Shown here piece by piece: positions 1 through 9,661 of a stretch of 64,000 nt of DNA. The DNA is from Phycisphaerae bacterium (lineage in GTDB: Bacteria > Planctomycetota > Phycisphaerae > UBA1845 > Fen-1342): contig JASFQK010000002.1 of the NCBI GenBank assembly GCA_050115495.1, positions 32,001 to 96,000 of the forward strand, given 5' to 3'. Position numbers and translations under genes: made by a program. The notes beneath the pieces are model-generated. The model saw only the letters and a program-made list of their open reading frames with translations, was not told where the DNA came from and did no database searches. Within the stretch, counting starts at the first letter, position 1, and each line of letters begins with the position of its first letter.

Positions 1-216
1 GCCGCGCGTTTCAGGGTACGCATCGCGTGTAGCGCATCGTTGGCGATGCGCCTTGGCGAACCTCTCGTGTGCTCGGGCGATCTGGGGCGGGTCGTCCTTC
101 AGATCGACGGTTCAGGCAACCGACTTCGGGGCATCGTTACTGGTTCCGCTGAATGAGCGGGTCCCCTGCTCCGGCGCGCACACGTCGCGGAAGGTTCCGC
201 GACTGCGAAGGCACCG

Positions 217-1416
217 TTACTTCTTCGCCGGGCGTTCCACGACGGAGACATACTTGTACGGTCGCTTGGACTGCCAGGTTGTGTAGTTCCAGTACTCGTA
301 CAGGTTATTCTCAGTCGGATCGTGGCAATCGTATATCTTGATTCCGGGCACCTTGCCGTAGATGATGATGCCATTCATGCCGACTTGGTTGTCTACCCGG
401 ACCCACTGGTTGCCGATCATGACCTCATTGAAGAAGTGGTCGCTGATGTAGTTGCTGTCGGCGGGTATGTTCAACATGCTCAGGTCGTAGTCGCTCTGCA
501 CCTCGACGATCGTCCCGTCCGTCTCGTAGGAGTACAGCAACGGAATCGTCATGATTGTTCGCTCGGGGATGCCGGCGGCTCGCAGCAGCGCCCCGCGCAG
601 TGTGGCGGTTGATCCGCAAGCACCACGCGTGCCCAGTCGCCACATCGAATCCGCATAGACCACCGCGGCCTTCACGGCGTCGGTGGTTGTGCAGGACCCG
701 ACGGGAATGGCATTCTCCATCAGCTCCCCAGTTTCCCCGCGATGGATGTAGAAATGAATTGGCAGGTTGCTCTCGCAACCCAGATCTCGCTCCAGTCTCA
801 CGTGCCGCGCTTCGCGTAGCAGCTGCAGCACATGTGCCACGGCCTGAGCGTCGGTGGCGCATCCGCGCAGACGCTGGCGGACGTTTCTGCGCATTTCGGG
901 CGAGTAATTCTTCAAATGCGTCGGAGCAGTATGCTCGCAATGCACCGGCCGATACGCCGCGACATTCATGACCGGCGCTGCATCCGGGTACAGCACGACT
1001 TCCACGCGCGTCACGTCATCCGCCATCTGCTCGACGACGCGAGCGTCCTGATGAAAGTCGTTCATGTCCGGCACGTCGAAGGGCGGCCGTAGATCCACAA
1101 CAGCCCGTATTGTCCGAGCGTACTCAGCCCGTTCATCCCATTGGCCATCCGGCGTTCCGTCGCCGTCACTGTCGGCCAGTCGTGGATTCGTTTGGTACTT
1201 GCGTACCTCCCAGTAGTCGCTGAGCCCGTCCCCGTCCGTGTCCGTCAGTGCCGCGTTGATGCCGAGTTCGGCTTCCATCGCGTCAGGCAGGCCATCATCG
1301 TCGCTGTCCGGCAGGAACTCGATTACGTGCGGTGAGATGTCACCATCGCGGACCACGCATCCCGGCAACACCAGACACAACACTAAAACACAGGTTAGAG
1401 TCCGAGGACTGATCAT
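217..1416 (-). CDS. Transglutaminase-like (papain-fold) lipoprotein with N-terminal Ca-binding DxDxDG repeats
   Basis: Lipobox-like LVLPGC; repeats DSDDDGLPD / DTDGDGLSD / DSDGDGTPD; triad motifs GAC(GSTA...LRAAGIP), DHFFNEV, WVRVD; AGGAGA RBS upstream of the ATG. Confidence 0.75.
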   Translation of the reverse strand: MISPRTLTCVLVLCLVLPGCVVRDGDISPHVIEFLPDSDDDGLPDAMEAELGINAALTDTDGDGLSDYWEVRKYQTNPRLADSDGDGTPDGQWDERAEYARTIRAVVDLRPPFDVPDMNDFHQDARVVEQMADDVTRVEVVLYPDAAPVMNVAAYRPVHCEHTAPTHLKNYSPEMRRNVRQRLRGCATDAQAVAHVLQLLREARHVRLERDLGCESNLPIHFYIHRGETGELMENAIPVGSCTTTDAVKAAVVYADSMWRLGTRGACGSTATLRGALLRAAGIPERTIMTIPLLYSYETDGTIVEVQSDYDLSMLNIPADSNYISDHFFNEVMIGNQWVRVDNQVGMNGIIIYGKVPGIKIYDCHDPTENNLYEYWNYTTWQSKRPYKYVSVVERPAKK

Positions 1417-1856
1417 CCCGTATCTCCTGTTTCCTGGATAAGAGCCGACGGTAGGACCCTCTTACCGGCGGGCCGGCCGACGTCGAAACGGAGTGAAGCT
1501 GTTCCTCACGCGGCAACGCAGCCCCGGGTGGACTTGCATGTTCACAGGGGGCAGTATACCAGGATAGTGATGGCCGAGGCAGCTCAAGGACACGTGAGTG
1601 GATTCGCGTTGACGCGGGCGAAAACAGCCCCGCCACAGCGATATCCGCGGCTTCCTGCTCACGAACGTGTCTGAGTGCGTGCTCAAGAACGCACGGTGCT
1701 TCACAACAGGTGCGACGTCATCTGCTTACAAACCGATACAAGTACTTACAAGTAGATACCTGTTCTGCCCTGCTTGCCGCGGGCTGTTACGCCGCCGGAC
1801 TGCAGCAGTGCCAAAGACCACTTCAGCCGGCGTGTCGCACTATCATGAGCAGGTAA

Positions 1857-2363
1857 TCAGTATTCGTCGTATCGAGTGCCCGCCGCATCGGTGACGTCAG
1901 AGTTGAAGGCGACGTCGCCGGTCCGGCAGTTGTATACCCACCCCGCCTCGGTTGCCGACGGCGCGAATCGCGGCGCTCCATCCACGACGCACAGGCCCGT
2001 CCGCCCAAGTCGCGGCGCGACCGGACACGGCGGCATCCCCAGCCGGAGGTACGGTCCCAGGTGATGCTGGGCGTCGCGTTCGGCGCTCACGTGACCGTTT
2101 TCGTCGGTGATCCCCGTCAGTTGGCTGATGACGGCCTCGGCCGTGCCGGCGGCGTTTATGCCGTCGCCAAGCTGGCCCGGATATTCGCCGTGCTCGTAGT
2201 AGTAGAGCTCGACGGCGAAGCGCATGGCGTTGAGGTTCTGGCGCAGATCGTCCTTTTCGTCGTCGCCGGCGGCCTGGGAGAGTTGCGGGACGGCGATGGC
2301 CGCGATGATTCCGATAATCAGGACGACCACGATCAGCTCAATGATGCTGAGGGCGGACTTCAT
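1857..2363 (-). CDS. Type IV pilin / T2SS pseudopilin-like protein (prepilin N-terminal methylation domain)
   Basis: MKSA-LSIIELIVVVLIIGIIAAIAVPQL type III signal; LRQNLNAMRFAVELYYYEHGEYP helix; start placed at ATG 2363 behind GAGGT RBS. Confidence 0.85.
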   Translation of the reverse strand: MKSALSIIELIVVVLIIGIIAAIAVPQLSQAAGDDEKDDLRQNLNAMRFAVELYYYEHGEYPGQLGDGINAAGTAEAVISQLTGITDENGHVSAERDAQHHLGPYLRLGMPPCPVAPRLGRTGLCVVDGAPRFAPSATEAGWVYNCRTGDVAFNSDVTDAAGTRYDEY

Positions 2364-2470
2364 CGCTGCGTACCTCGTTGCGTGGCCGTGGCCGACCGGT
2401 GGCGTGGCGGTCGTCTCCGCCGGCGGAGAAACGCTCCGCCGCACACCGTGGCGCAGCCCCGCTGCCCTTC

Positions 2471-2497
2471 TTATCGACCGGTGTGGGGGGGCGCTTG
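2471..2497 (-). promoter_or_regulatory. Putative sigma28 (FliA) promoter of the pilin-like gene
   Basis: Minus strand CAAG-N15-GTCGATAA versus consensus TAAA-N15-GCCGATAA. Confidence 0.55.
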
Positions 2498-2560
2498 TTC
2501 GGGCGGTTCGAGGTGCCGGGATCCGGCCACCGACTCGGCCTCAAGCGACCCGGGATCGCG

Positions 2561-4216
2561 TCAATCCGCGGGGTCTTTCCGCGCCATGAGCTCCGGCGGG
2601 AGCCCTTTCATGAGGTCGGTGGCGACGTCGATGCGCTGCTGACGGGCGTAAGCCAACAGGCCGAGGGCGCGCGTCAGCAACAATTGCGCGTCCTTGGAAC
2701 CGATTGGTGATTCGGCCGAGCCGTTTTCGGTCTCCGCCACATCGTCGTCGGTGGACGCGGAGGGCGTCAGGCCGGCGAGACCGACCCGCACGCACGGCGT
2801 GTTATCGGATTTACAGACCATGCTCACCGTGGGCAGGACATTCTCCGGAACGTCCAGCACCGCCGTCCGCACCGCCTCCATCAGCTTCTCCGCCACCACC
2901 GTGCCCAGGGCGGAATCCAGCTGGCGGAGAATCACGACGAAGTGCTCGTCGCTGAAGCGGCCGGCGATGTCGTCCTGGCGCACTTTCTGGCGCAGGGTGC
3001 GGCTGATGCGGCGGATGGCGGCGTCGCGTTCCACCCAGCGGCCGTTGTCGTCGAGGCCGCGCAGGCCCTCCACAGCGAGCACGAGCATCACCAGCGGCTG
3101 GTGTTCGTTGAGGGCGGTGGCCACGGCCTCCGGGAGGCGGGCCAAGAGCTCGGTGCGGTTGAGCAGGCCGCTTTGTGCGTCCAGACGTCCGTGGCGGGCG
3201 AGCGCCCGCTGGCCACGCACATGGGCCCAGAAAAGCTCCAGTTCGTTGCGGACGGCGTGGGCCATGGACGCCACGCCGGCGCGAACGCTGTCCACACGGT
3301 CGACGGTGATCAGGGCGCAGGTACGCCGATCGGTACGCAGCGGCAGCAGCCAGGCCCAGCGTTGTGCGTCGGCGGGGCCGTCGGCGGCCTCGTCGTCGAC
3401 GCCCGCGGCCAGCTCGGCGATGAGCTCGCCTTGACCGTCGTCGCCTTCGACGTAGACGCGTCCCGTGGCCACGACGTGGCCGATCAGGCCGAGGCGACGC
3501 GAGGGCCACTCTTCCCGCGAGCCGGCGTCGGGACAGACGGGTTCTAGGAGCTCGCCGTCGGCGGAGACGCGGTAGAGCCGCGCACCTTCCGCGCCCAGGC
3601 GAACGCGCAGGGCGTTACGCAGGAAGCCGGCGAATTCCGTCATGTCGGCGACATCGGTGAGGCAGGCCCGGCCTGCTTCCGAATCGGTCCATTCGAACAG
3701 GTCGCCGATCAGGGCGCCGAGCATCTCCTCGGCCAGCACGGTCGGCGCCGCCGGGTCGTCATCGCGGCGAGCCTGGGCCGGGTCCCTCGTGAGAAGAGGC
3801 ACGGGCGGCAGCGGCGGTGGTTCGACCGGTCTTGGAGGCGGCGATGGGCGGTCGAGCGTGAGCACGGCTTCGTTGCGGAGACCGCCGGCCAGGTAACCGA
3901 GCAGGCCGACGACGCCGGTGGCCATGCCGACGAAGGCGAGGACGTTGCCGAGGGGTCCGCTGGCGGCGGAGACAACGAGTCCGAGGGCGGCGGCCAGGCC
4001 GATGCCGGCGCCGAGCGCCAGGCCCGGACGCGGACCGATGCCGCGGGCCAGGATGGCGGCCGCTCCACCGAGCACCAGCAGGGCGCAAAAGACGAGTGCC
4101 GTGGCGTTGTGCACGGCGAACCAGCGCAGCGAGCAACAGACGGCCAGCGCGACGACGACGAGCGCCGCGGCGGCTCCGCGCAGAGTCCGTGACTGCCAGT
4201 GGGGCGCTGCACTCAT
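2561..4216 (-). CDS. Membrane protein with GAF and degenerate GGDEF domain (putative c-di-GMP receptor)
   Basis: About four N-terminal TM segments; GAF-like middle (GLIGHVVATGRVY); D..SGLLNR start of GGDEF fold; RQDDIAGRFSDEHF gives an intact RxxD I-site with SDEHF in place of GGDEF. Confidence 0.8.
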   Translation of the reverse strand: MSAAPHWQSRTLRGAAAALVVVALAVCCSLRWFAVHNATALVFCALLVLGGAAAILARGIGPRPGLALGAGIGLAAALGLVVSAASGPLGNVLAFVGMATGVVGLLGYLAGGLRNEAVLTLDRPSPPPRPVEPPPLPPVPLLTRDPAQARRDDDPAAPTVLAEEMLGALIGDLFEWTDSEAGRACLTDVADMTEFAGFLRNALRVRLGAEGARLYRVSADGELLEPVCPDAGSREEWPSRRLGLIGHVVATGRVYVEGDDGQGELIAELAAGVDDEAADGPADAQRWAWLLPLRTDRRTCALITVDRVDSVRAGVASMAHAVRNELELFWAHVRGQRALARHGRLDAQSGLLNRTELLARLPEAVATALNEHQPLVMLVLAVEGLRGLDDNGRWVERDAAIRRISRTLRQKVRQDDIAGRFSDEHFVVILRQLDSALGTVVAEKLMEAVRTAVLDVPENVLPTVSMVCKSDNTPCVRVGLAGLTPSASTDDDVAETENGSAESPIGSKDAQLLLTRALGLLAYARQQRIDVATDLMKGLPPELMARKDPAD

Positions 4217-5478
4217 GCGGGCTCATCCTCCATGATCGCGGGCTCGGGTGAGTTAAGCTGCCGGGCCAGGTCACGGGCGCCGACGGCGTGGACGAAGCGT
4301 CGCTCGAAGTCGCGGCGGTTGGTGCGCACGTAGAGGCAGAGGGCGTCGAGGAAGACGGCGGTGACATGCGGGTCGGTGCCGCGGCCGGCCTCCTGTTCCA
4401 GCATGTCCATGGCCTGGGCCATGGTGTAGCCCTGCCGGTAGGAGCGGGTGGAGGTCAGGGCGTCGAACATGTCCACGACGCGGATGATGCGGGCGTAGAG
4501 CGGGATGTCCTCGCCGTGAAGGCCCTGGGGATAGCCGGTGCCGTCCCAGTTCTCGTGATGGTAGAGGACTGCGTCGAGGGCGGGGCCGAGGCTGGCGACG
4601 GGTTTGAGCATCTCGTAGCCGCGGCGCGGGTGCCGTTTCATCTCTTCGAATTCGCGGGGGCTGAGGCGGCCGGGCTTTTTCAGGATGCGGTCGGAGATAC
4701 CAATCTTGCCGACGTCGTGCAGGATGCCGGCCCATTCGAGGACCTGCATCTGCGAGTCGGGCAGGCCGAGAGCCATGCCGGCCAGGCGGGCCAGCCAGCC
4801 GACGCGCTCGGAGTGGCCGCAGGTGTAGTTGTCTTTGGCGTCGATGGCGTTGGCCAGGGCGCGGACCGTTTCCACGGCCGTCTGCTGGAGGTGGCGCACC
4901 ATCACGACGTTGGCCAGAATGTGTCCGCCGTAGCCGAGCACCGATTCTGCGGCCAGCACGTCACCCGAGTCGAAGGCGGGTACGTCCGGCGGGCGCAGGA
5001 CGATCACGACGGCGGTTTCGGCGTCGAGTTGGCGGAGGGGGGCGAGCAGCACGTGTGGGCGGCCGTCGCCATAGTCCGGCAGGTCCACGGCGCGGGCCAC
5101 GCGGGCGCGGTGCGTGCGGCGGACAAGAGCGATGTCGTGGTTGAGACACTGGCGCAGCTCGGCGCTGTCGACGGTGATCGGCCGACCGACGCCCTCGAGG
5201 GCCTCGATCGGTTGGCAGGTCTGGTCGCTCTCGACGAACATGGCCCCGGCGCCGAGCATCTCGCCGAAGCGGCGCAGCAGGGCTCGCTGGATCGTTGCCG
5301 GGTCGCGCAGGGTGGCGATGTTCTCGGTGATGTCGAAGACGAGATTGAGCTGCTCGTAGCAGCGAAGCAGTTCGAGCCCGAGGGCCTCGTTCTCCTGCCG
5401 CATCTGCTCGGCGAGCACGGCGGCGTCGTCGAGCGACGGCCGGGCAGTGGCGGCGGGATTGACCAGCGGGCGCCTCAT
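4213..5478 (-). CDS. GAF / HD-GYP domain c-di-GMP phosphodiesterase
   Basis: DAKDNYTCGHSERV, ILHDVGKIG, YHHENWDGTGYPQGL, DMFDALTSTRSYR; ATGA overlaps with both neighbours support start 5478. Confidence 0.92.
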   Translation of the reverse strand: MRRPLVNPAATARPSLDDAAVLAEQMRQENEALGLELLRCYEQLNLVFDITENIATLRDPATIQRALLRRFGEMLGAGAMFVESDQTCQPIEALEGVGRPITVDSAELRQCLNHDIALVRRTHRARVARAVDLPDYGDGRPHVLLAPLRQLDAETAVVIVLRPPDVPAFDSGDVLAAESVLGYGGHILANVVMVRHLQQTAVETVRALANAIDAKDNYTCGHSERVGWLARLAGMALGLPDSQMQVLEWAGILHDVGKIGISDRILKKPGRLSPREFEEMKRHPRRGYEMLKPVASLGPALDAVLYHHENWDGTGYPQGLHGEDIPLYARIIRVVDMFDALTSTRSYRQGYTMAQAMDMLEQEAGRGTDPHVTAVFLDALCLYVRTNRRDFERRFVHAVGARDLARQLNSPEPAIMEDEPA

Positions 5479-5864
5479 GCACGTCCCCCCTCGGGCTGCG
5501 GAGCGACCGTCGTCGCCAGATCGATCTCGCGCAGGAGCTGCGACGGGCTGAAGGGCTTGGGGAAGATGCGGACACGCGGGTCCGGCAACTGGTCCAGCAG
5601 CGCTTGCGGGTCGCAGAGCGAGGTCACCACGAACACGCGACGTAGCGACGGGCAGGTCGCCAGCGCCTTGCGGGTCAGCTCGATACCATTGAGGCAGGGC
5701 ATCATCACGTCGGTCACCAGCATGTCCGTCGGCTCGTTCTGCACGCAGGCCAGGGCCTCGCGGCCGTCGCTCACGCCGACCACTTCGTGCCCGCTCCGGG
5801 CGATCCAGCGCATCAGGACGTGCCGCAGGTATGCCTGATCCTCCGCGATAACGATCCGAGCCAT
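5475..5864 (-). CDS. Single-domain response regulator (CheY-like REC)
   Basis: MARIVIAEDQ...DMLVTDVMMP.LNGIEL...VTS...FPKPF; GGAGG RBS upstream. Confidence 0.9.
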   Translation of the reverse strand: MARIVIAEDQAYLRHVLMRWIARSGHEVVGVSDGREALACVQNEPTDMLVTDVMMPCLNGIELTRKALATCPSLRRVFVVTSLCDPQALLDQLPDPRVRIFPKPFSPSQLLREIDLATTVAPQPEGGRA

Positions 5865-5993
5865 CACGCCCTCCCCCGGCAACGGGCAAAACGGCCCGTG
5901 GGCGCTCGCGCGGCGCAAGGCCGCCACAGTTGAGGCTGAGCTTCCGAGAACACTGACGCACACCAACCGTCGGCGAGTCGTCTTTCCCACGTT

Positions 5994-6020
5994 GTATCGA
6001 GTAGGCCGGGGACCCCCTTG
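5994..6020 (-). promoter_or_regulatory. Putative sigma28 promoter of the REC/HD-GYP/GGDEF operon
   Basis: Minus strand CAAG-N15-CTCGATAC. Confidence 0.45.
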
Positions 6021-6101
6021 CGCAAGCTGTATGCGGGTGCGGACACCGCTACATACGGGCTGCGTATATGTGACGCTCGCGGTCAGAGTTGTCTGATAAT
6101 C

Positions 6102-7031
6102 TCAGCGGACCGTCCGGAACCACTCGATCGTCCGCCGGAAGCCTTCCCGGCGGTCGACGGTCGGCTCCCAGCCGAGTCGCTCGCGGGCCCGAGAAATGTC
6201 GGGGCAGCGGCGAGCGGGATCGTCGGGGGGACGCGGGGCAAAGGCCACCTGGCTGCTGCTGCCGGTGAGGGCGATGACCTCGCGGGCGGCCTCGAGCATG
6301 GTGATCTCGTGCGGGTTGCCGATGTTGACCGGCTCGGTCACGTCGCTGGCCGCCAGCCGCAGGAGCCCTTCGACGAGGTCGTCGACGTAGCAGAAGCTGC
6401 GCGTCTGGCTGCCGTCCCCGTGGACGGTGAGGGGCTGACCGGCGAGGGCCTGATTGATGAAGTTGGGCAGGGCCCGGCCGTCGTCGCCGCGCATGCGTGG
6501 GCCATAGGTGTTGAAGATGCGGATGAGGCGGGTGCGCACGCCGTGCACGTCACGATAAGCGACGAGCAGCGCCTCGGCGAAGCGTTTGCCCTCGTCGTAG
6601 CAGGAGCGCTGGCCGATCGGGTTCACGTGGCCCCAGTAGCCTTCCTGCTGCGGGTGTTCGAGCGGATCGCCGTAGACCTCGCTGGTGCTGGCGTGCAGGA
6701 TGGTGGCGCCGCACGCGCGGGCCAGTTCGGCCAGGCGGCGGACGCCGGTGGAGCAGACTTCGAGGATGGCCAGGCGGCGCGGGCCGAAATCGACGGGCGA
6801 AGCCGGGCAGGCGAGGTCGCAGATCAGATCGAGGGGGCCCTCGACGGGGAGGGGATTCGTGATATCGTGTTCGGTGAAATGGAAGCGCGGCTCCGCGCGC
6901 AGGTCGTCGATGTTCCGCCGGCTGCCGCTGCTGAAGTTGTCGAGGCCGACAACGTCATGTCCCTCGGCGAGCAGGCGGGCCGTGAGATGGTAGCCGATGA
7001 ACCCCGCGCAACCGGTCACGAGAACGCGCAT
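6102..7031 (-). CDS. UDP-glucuronic acid decarboxylase (UDP-xylose synthase) family SDR
   Basis: VLVTGCAGFIG, LACPASP, ASTSEVYGDP, GYWGHVNPIG.RSCYDEGKR, RIFNTYGPRM, GDGSQTRSFCYV. Confidence 0.9.
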   Translation of the reverse strand: MRVLVTGCAGFIGYHLTARLLAEGHDVVGLDNFSSGSRRNIDDLRAEPRFHFTEHDITNPLPVEGPLDLICDLACPASPVDFGPRRLAILEVCSTGVRRLAELARACGATILHASTSEVYGDPLEHPQQEGYWGHVNPIGQRSCYDEGKRFAEALLVAYRDVHGVRTRLIRIFNTYGPRMRGDDGRALPNFINQALAGQPLTVHGDGSQTRSFCYVDDLVEGLLRLAASDVTEPVNIGNPHEITMLEAAREVIALTGSSSQVAFAPRPPDDPARRCPDISRARERLGWEPTVDRREGFRRTIEWFRTVR

Positions 7032-7162
7032 AGCCAACCTCCAGGCCGGGTGGGAGCGATCGGCGGCGCGTGAGTCCGCGCCGGCCGCGAAGGGCGATTA
7101 TAGCGAGCTACGCCGGTAGACACGACGGCCGGCCCGGCAGCGGCATGTGACAGGAGCAGAGC

Positions 7163-8494
7163 ATGCGCATCGGCGTGGTCGGCAGCGGCTGGGTCGGATT
7201 GGTGACGGGCACGTGTTTGTCGGATTCGGGCAATCACGTGATCGCCGTGGACAGTGATGCCCGGCGCGTGGCTCAGCTTTCCGCCGGCCATTGCCCGTTC
7301 TTTGAGCCGGGGCTGGCGGAGCTGCTGACGGACAACCTGCGGGCGGGGCGGCTGAGCTTCTCGGGCGAGGTGGCGCAATGCGTGCGCGGGGCGCACGTGG
7401 TGTTCATTGCCGTCGGGACGCCGCCACGTCCGGACGGGTCGGCCGACTTGTCGGCGGTGGAGTCGGTCGCCGGCGAGATCGCGGATGCGCTGAGCGGGCC
7501 GGCGGTGGTCGTGGTGAAGAGCACGGTGCCGGTGGGGACGGGGGCGCGGCTGGAGACGCTGATCCGCGCGCGGACGGCGCACGTATGCCACGTCGTCAGC
7601 AACCCGGAGTTCCTCAAAGAGGGCAACGCCGTCGACGATTTTCAGCGGCCGGACCGGGTGGTGATCGGGGCGGAGGATGTGGCGGCGGGTGACCTTGTCG
7701 CCGAGCTGTACCAGCCGTTTGTGCGCAATTACAAGCCGATTCTGCGGATGAGCCGGGCGGCGGCGGAACTGACCAAGTATGCGGCGAATGCGTACCTCTC
7801 GACGCGCATCAGCTTCATCAACGAGATCGCCGACATCTGCGCGCGCTGTGGCGTGAACGTGGATGAGGTGCGTCGGGGCATCGGGGCCGACGAGCGGATC
7901 GGTCACCACTTCATGTATCCCGGTGTCGGCTACGGCGGGAGCTGTTTTCCGAAAGATGTGCAGGCGCTGGCCAGCACGGCACGTGAGGCCGGCGGCACAC
8001 CCGCGCTGCTCGATGCCGTGCACGCCCGCAACGTCAGCCAGCGGCAGGCGCTGATCGAGCAGATTCGCGGGCGGTTGGGTGCGGACCTGCACGGGCGGCG
8101 GCTGGCGGTGTGGGGTCTGGCCTTCAAGCCGAAGACGGACGACGTGCGCGAGGCGCCGTCGCTGACGATCATCGAAGCGCTGCTCGCCGCGGGCGCCGAG
8201 GTCGCCGCGTACGATCCGCGGGCCACGGCCAGCGCTCGGACGGTGCTCGGCGAGCGCGTGACGTTCGCGGAGGACGCATACGCCGTGCTGAGCGGGGCCG
8301 ATGCCCTGGTGATCTTCACGGAGTGGAACGAGTTTCGCAGCCCGGATTTCGAGCGGATGCGGCGGGATTTGAAGCAGCCGCTCATTTTCGACGGACGCAA
8401 CGTGTACGATCCGGCAACGATGGCTCGGCATGAGTGGGAGTACTACAGCGTGGGGCGACCGCCGGTGCGGCCCGTCGCCGCCGGGCAGCGCTGA
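7163..8494 (+). CDS. ugd: UDP-glucose 6-dehydrogenase
   Basis: GSGWVG Rossmann motif, KSTVPVGT, SNPEFLKEG, GYGGSCFPKD, GLAFKPKTDDVRE, FDGRN. Confidence 0.95.
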   Translation: MRIGVVGSGWVGLVTGTCLSDSGNHVIAVDSDARRVAQLSAGHCPFFEPGLAELLTDNLRAGRLSFSGEVAQCVRGAHVVFIAVGTPPRPDGSADLSAVESVAGEIADALSGPAVVVVKSTVPVGTGARLETLIRARTAHVCHVVSNPEFLKEGNAVDDFQRPDRVVIGAEDVAAGDLVAELYQPFVRNYKPILRMSRAAAELTKYAANAYLSTRISFINEIADICARCGVNVDEVRRGIGADERIGHHFMYPGVGYGGSCFPKDVQALASTAREAGGTPALLDAVHARNVSQRQALIEQIRGRLGADLHGRRLAVWGLAFKPKTDDVREAPSLTIIEALLAAGAEVAAYDPRATASARTVLGERVTFAEDAYAVLSGADALVIFTEWNEFRSPDFERMRRDLKQPLIFDGRNVYDPATMARHEWEYYSVGRPPVRPVAAGQR

Positions 8495-8519
8495 CACCCG
8501 GGGGAGCGAGGTGTCGAAC

Positions 8520-9581
8520 ATGTCCAAACCCGCCAGCGATCTTCGCGAGATACTGGCCGGCCACACCGTCCCCGCGGCGGAAGAACTGGTCTTGCGGGAG
8601 GAGGGGGGCGTGGTGCGCTGCCAGGCGTGCGCCCATCGCTGCCGTATGCAGCCGGGGCGGCACGGCGTGTGCCACGTACGCTTCAACGAGAACGGCGAAT
8701 TGCGCGTGCCGAGCGGTTACGTGGCCGGCCTTGGCGCCGATCCGATTGAGAAGAAGCCGTTCTTTCATGTTTACCCTGGCAGCAACGCCCTTTCGTTTGG
8801 CATGGTGGGCTGCAACTTCCACTGCCCGTTCTGCCAGAACTGGATCACCAGCCAGACGTTGCGCGACGAACGGGCCGTTACCAGCGTGCACCCGGTGACG
8901 GTCGAGGATCTGCTGAGGCTTGCCAGTGACCATCAATGCCGGATGTTGATCAGCACGTACAACGAGCCGCTGATCACCGCGGAGTGGGCCGCGACGATCT
9001 TCCGGGCGGGCGCTGCGCACGGTCTGCGCGGCTCGCTGGTCAGCAACGGTCACGGCACGCCGGAAGTGCTGGCGTATCTGCGCCCGCACGTGGACTTCTT
9101 CAAGATCGACCTGAAGGCGTTCGACGACGAGACGTACCATCGGCTGGGCGGCGTGCTTCAGCACGTGCTGGACACAATTCGGCTGGCGCGGGAGATGGGC
9201 TATTGGGTGGAGGTGGTCACGCTGGTCGTGCCGGGGCTGAACGATTCGGATGAGGAGCTGAGGCAGATCGCCCACTTCCTCGTGGACGTGTCGCCGGACA
9301 TCCCGTGGCACGTGACGGCGTTTCATCCGATGTACCAGCTCACCGACCCGCCGGCGACGCCCGCGGAGACGTTGCTGCGGGCGCACGCGATCGGGACGGG
9401 TGCCGGGTTGAAGTTCGTATACGCTGGCAACCTGCCCGGGCAGCTCGGCGACACGGAGAACACGCGCTGTCCGCGCTGCCACGAGCTGCTGATCGAGCGG
9501 CGGGGATTCCGCGTGCTGCGCAACCGGCTGAAGGACGGGGCGTGCTTCTCGTGCGGGGAGGTCATTCCGGGAGCGTGGTGA
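8520..9581 (+). CDS. amrS: AmmeMemoRadiSam system radical SAM enzyme
   Basis: N-terminal CQACAHRC...GVCHVR, DPIEKKPFFH, radical SAM GCNFHCPFCQNW, TYNEP, C-terminal CPRC...CFSC. Confidence 0.9.
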   Translation: MSKPASDLREILAGHTVPAAEELVLREEGGVVRCQACAHRCRMQPGRHGVCHVRFNENGELRVPSGYVAGLGADPIEKKPFFHVYPGSNALSFGMVGCNFHCPFCQNWITSQTLRDERAVTSVHPVTVEDLLRLASDHQCRMLISTYNEPLITAEWAATIFRAGAAHGLRGSLVSNGHGTPEVLAYLRPHVDFFKIDLKAFDDETYHRLGGVLQHVLDTIRLAREMGYWVEVVTLVVPGLNDSDEELRQIAHFLVDVSPDIPWHVTAFHPMYQLTDPPATPAETLLRAHAIGTGAGLKFVYAGNLPGQLGDTENTRCPRCHELLIERRGFRVLRNRLKDGACFSCGEVIPGAW

Positions 9582-9661
9582 CGCGGCGGGCGGGTTCATT
9601 GTCCTCCGGCGGCGGGACGGTATGCTACGGCCCATCGAACCGCTAAGAGGACCGGAAGCGC

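Noticed and set aside
4213..5961. 582-aa version of the HD-GYP ORF
   Set aside because: The N-terminal extension overlaps the REC gene in another frame; the ATGA overlap at 5475-5478 marks the real start
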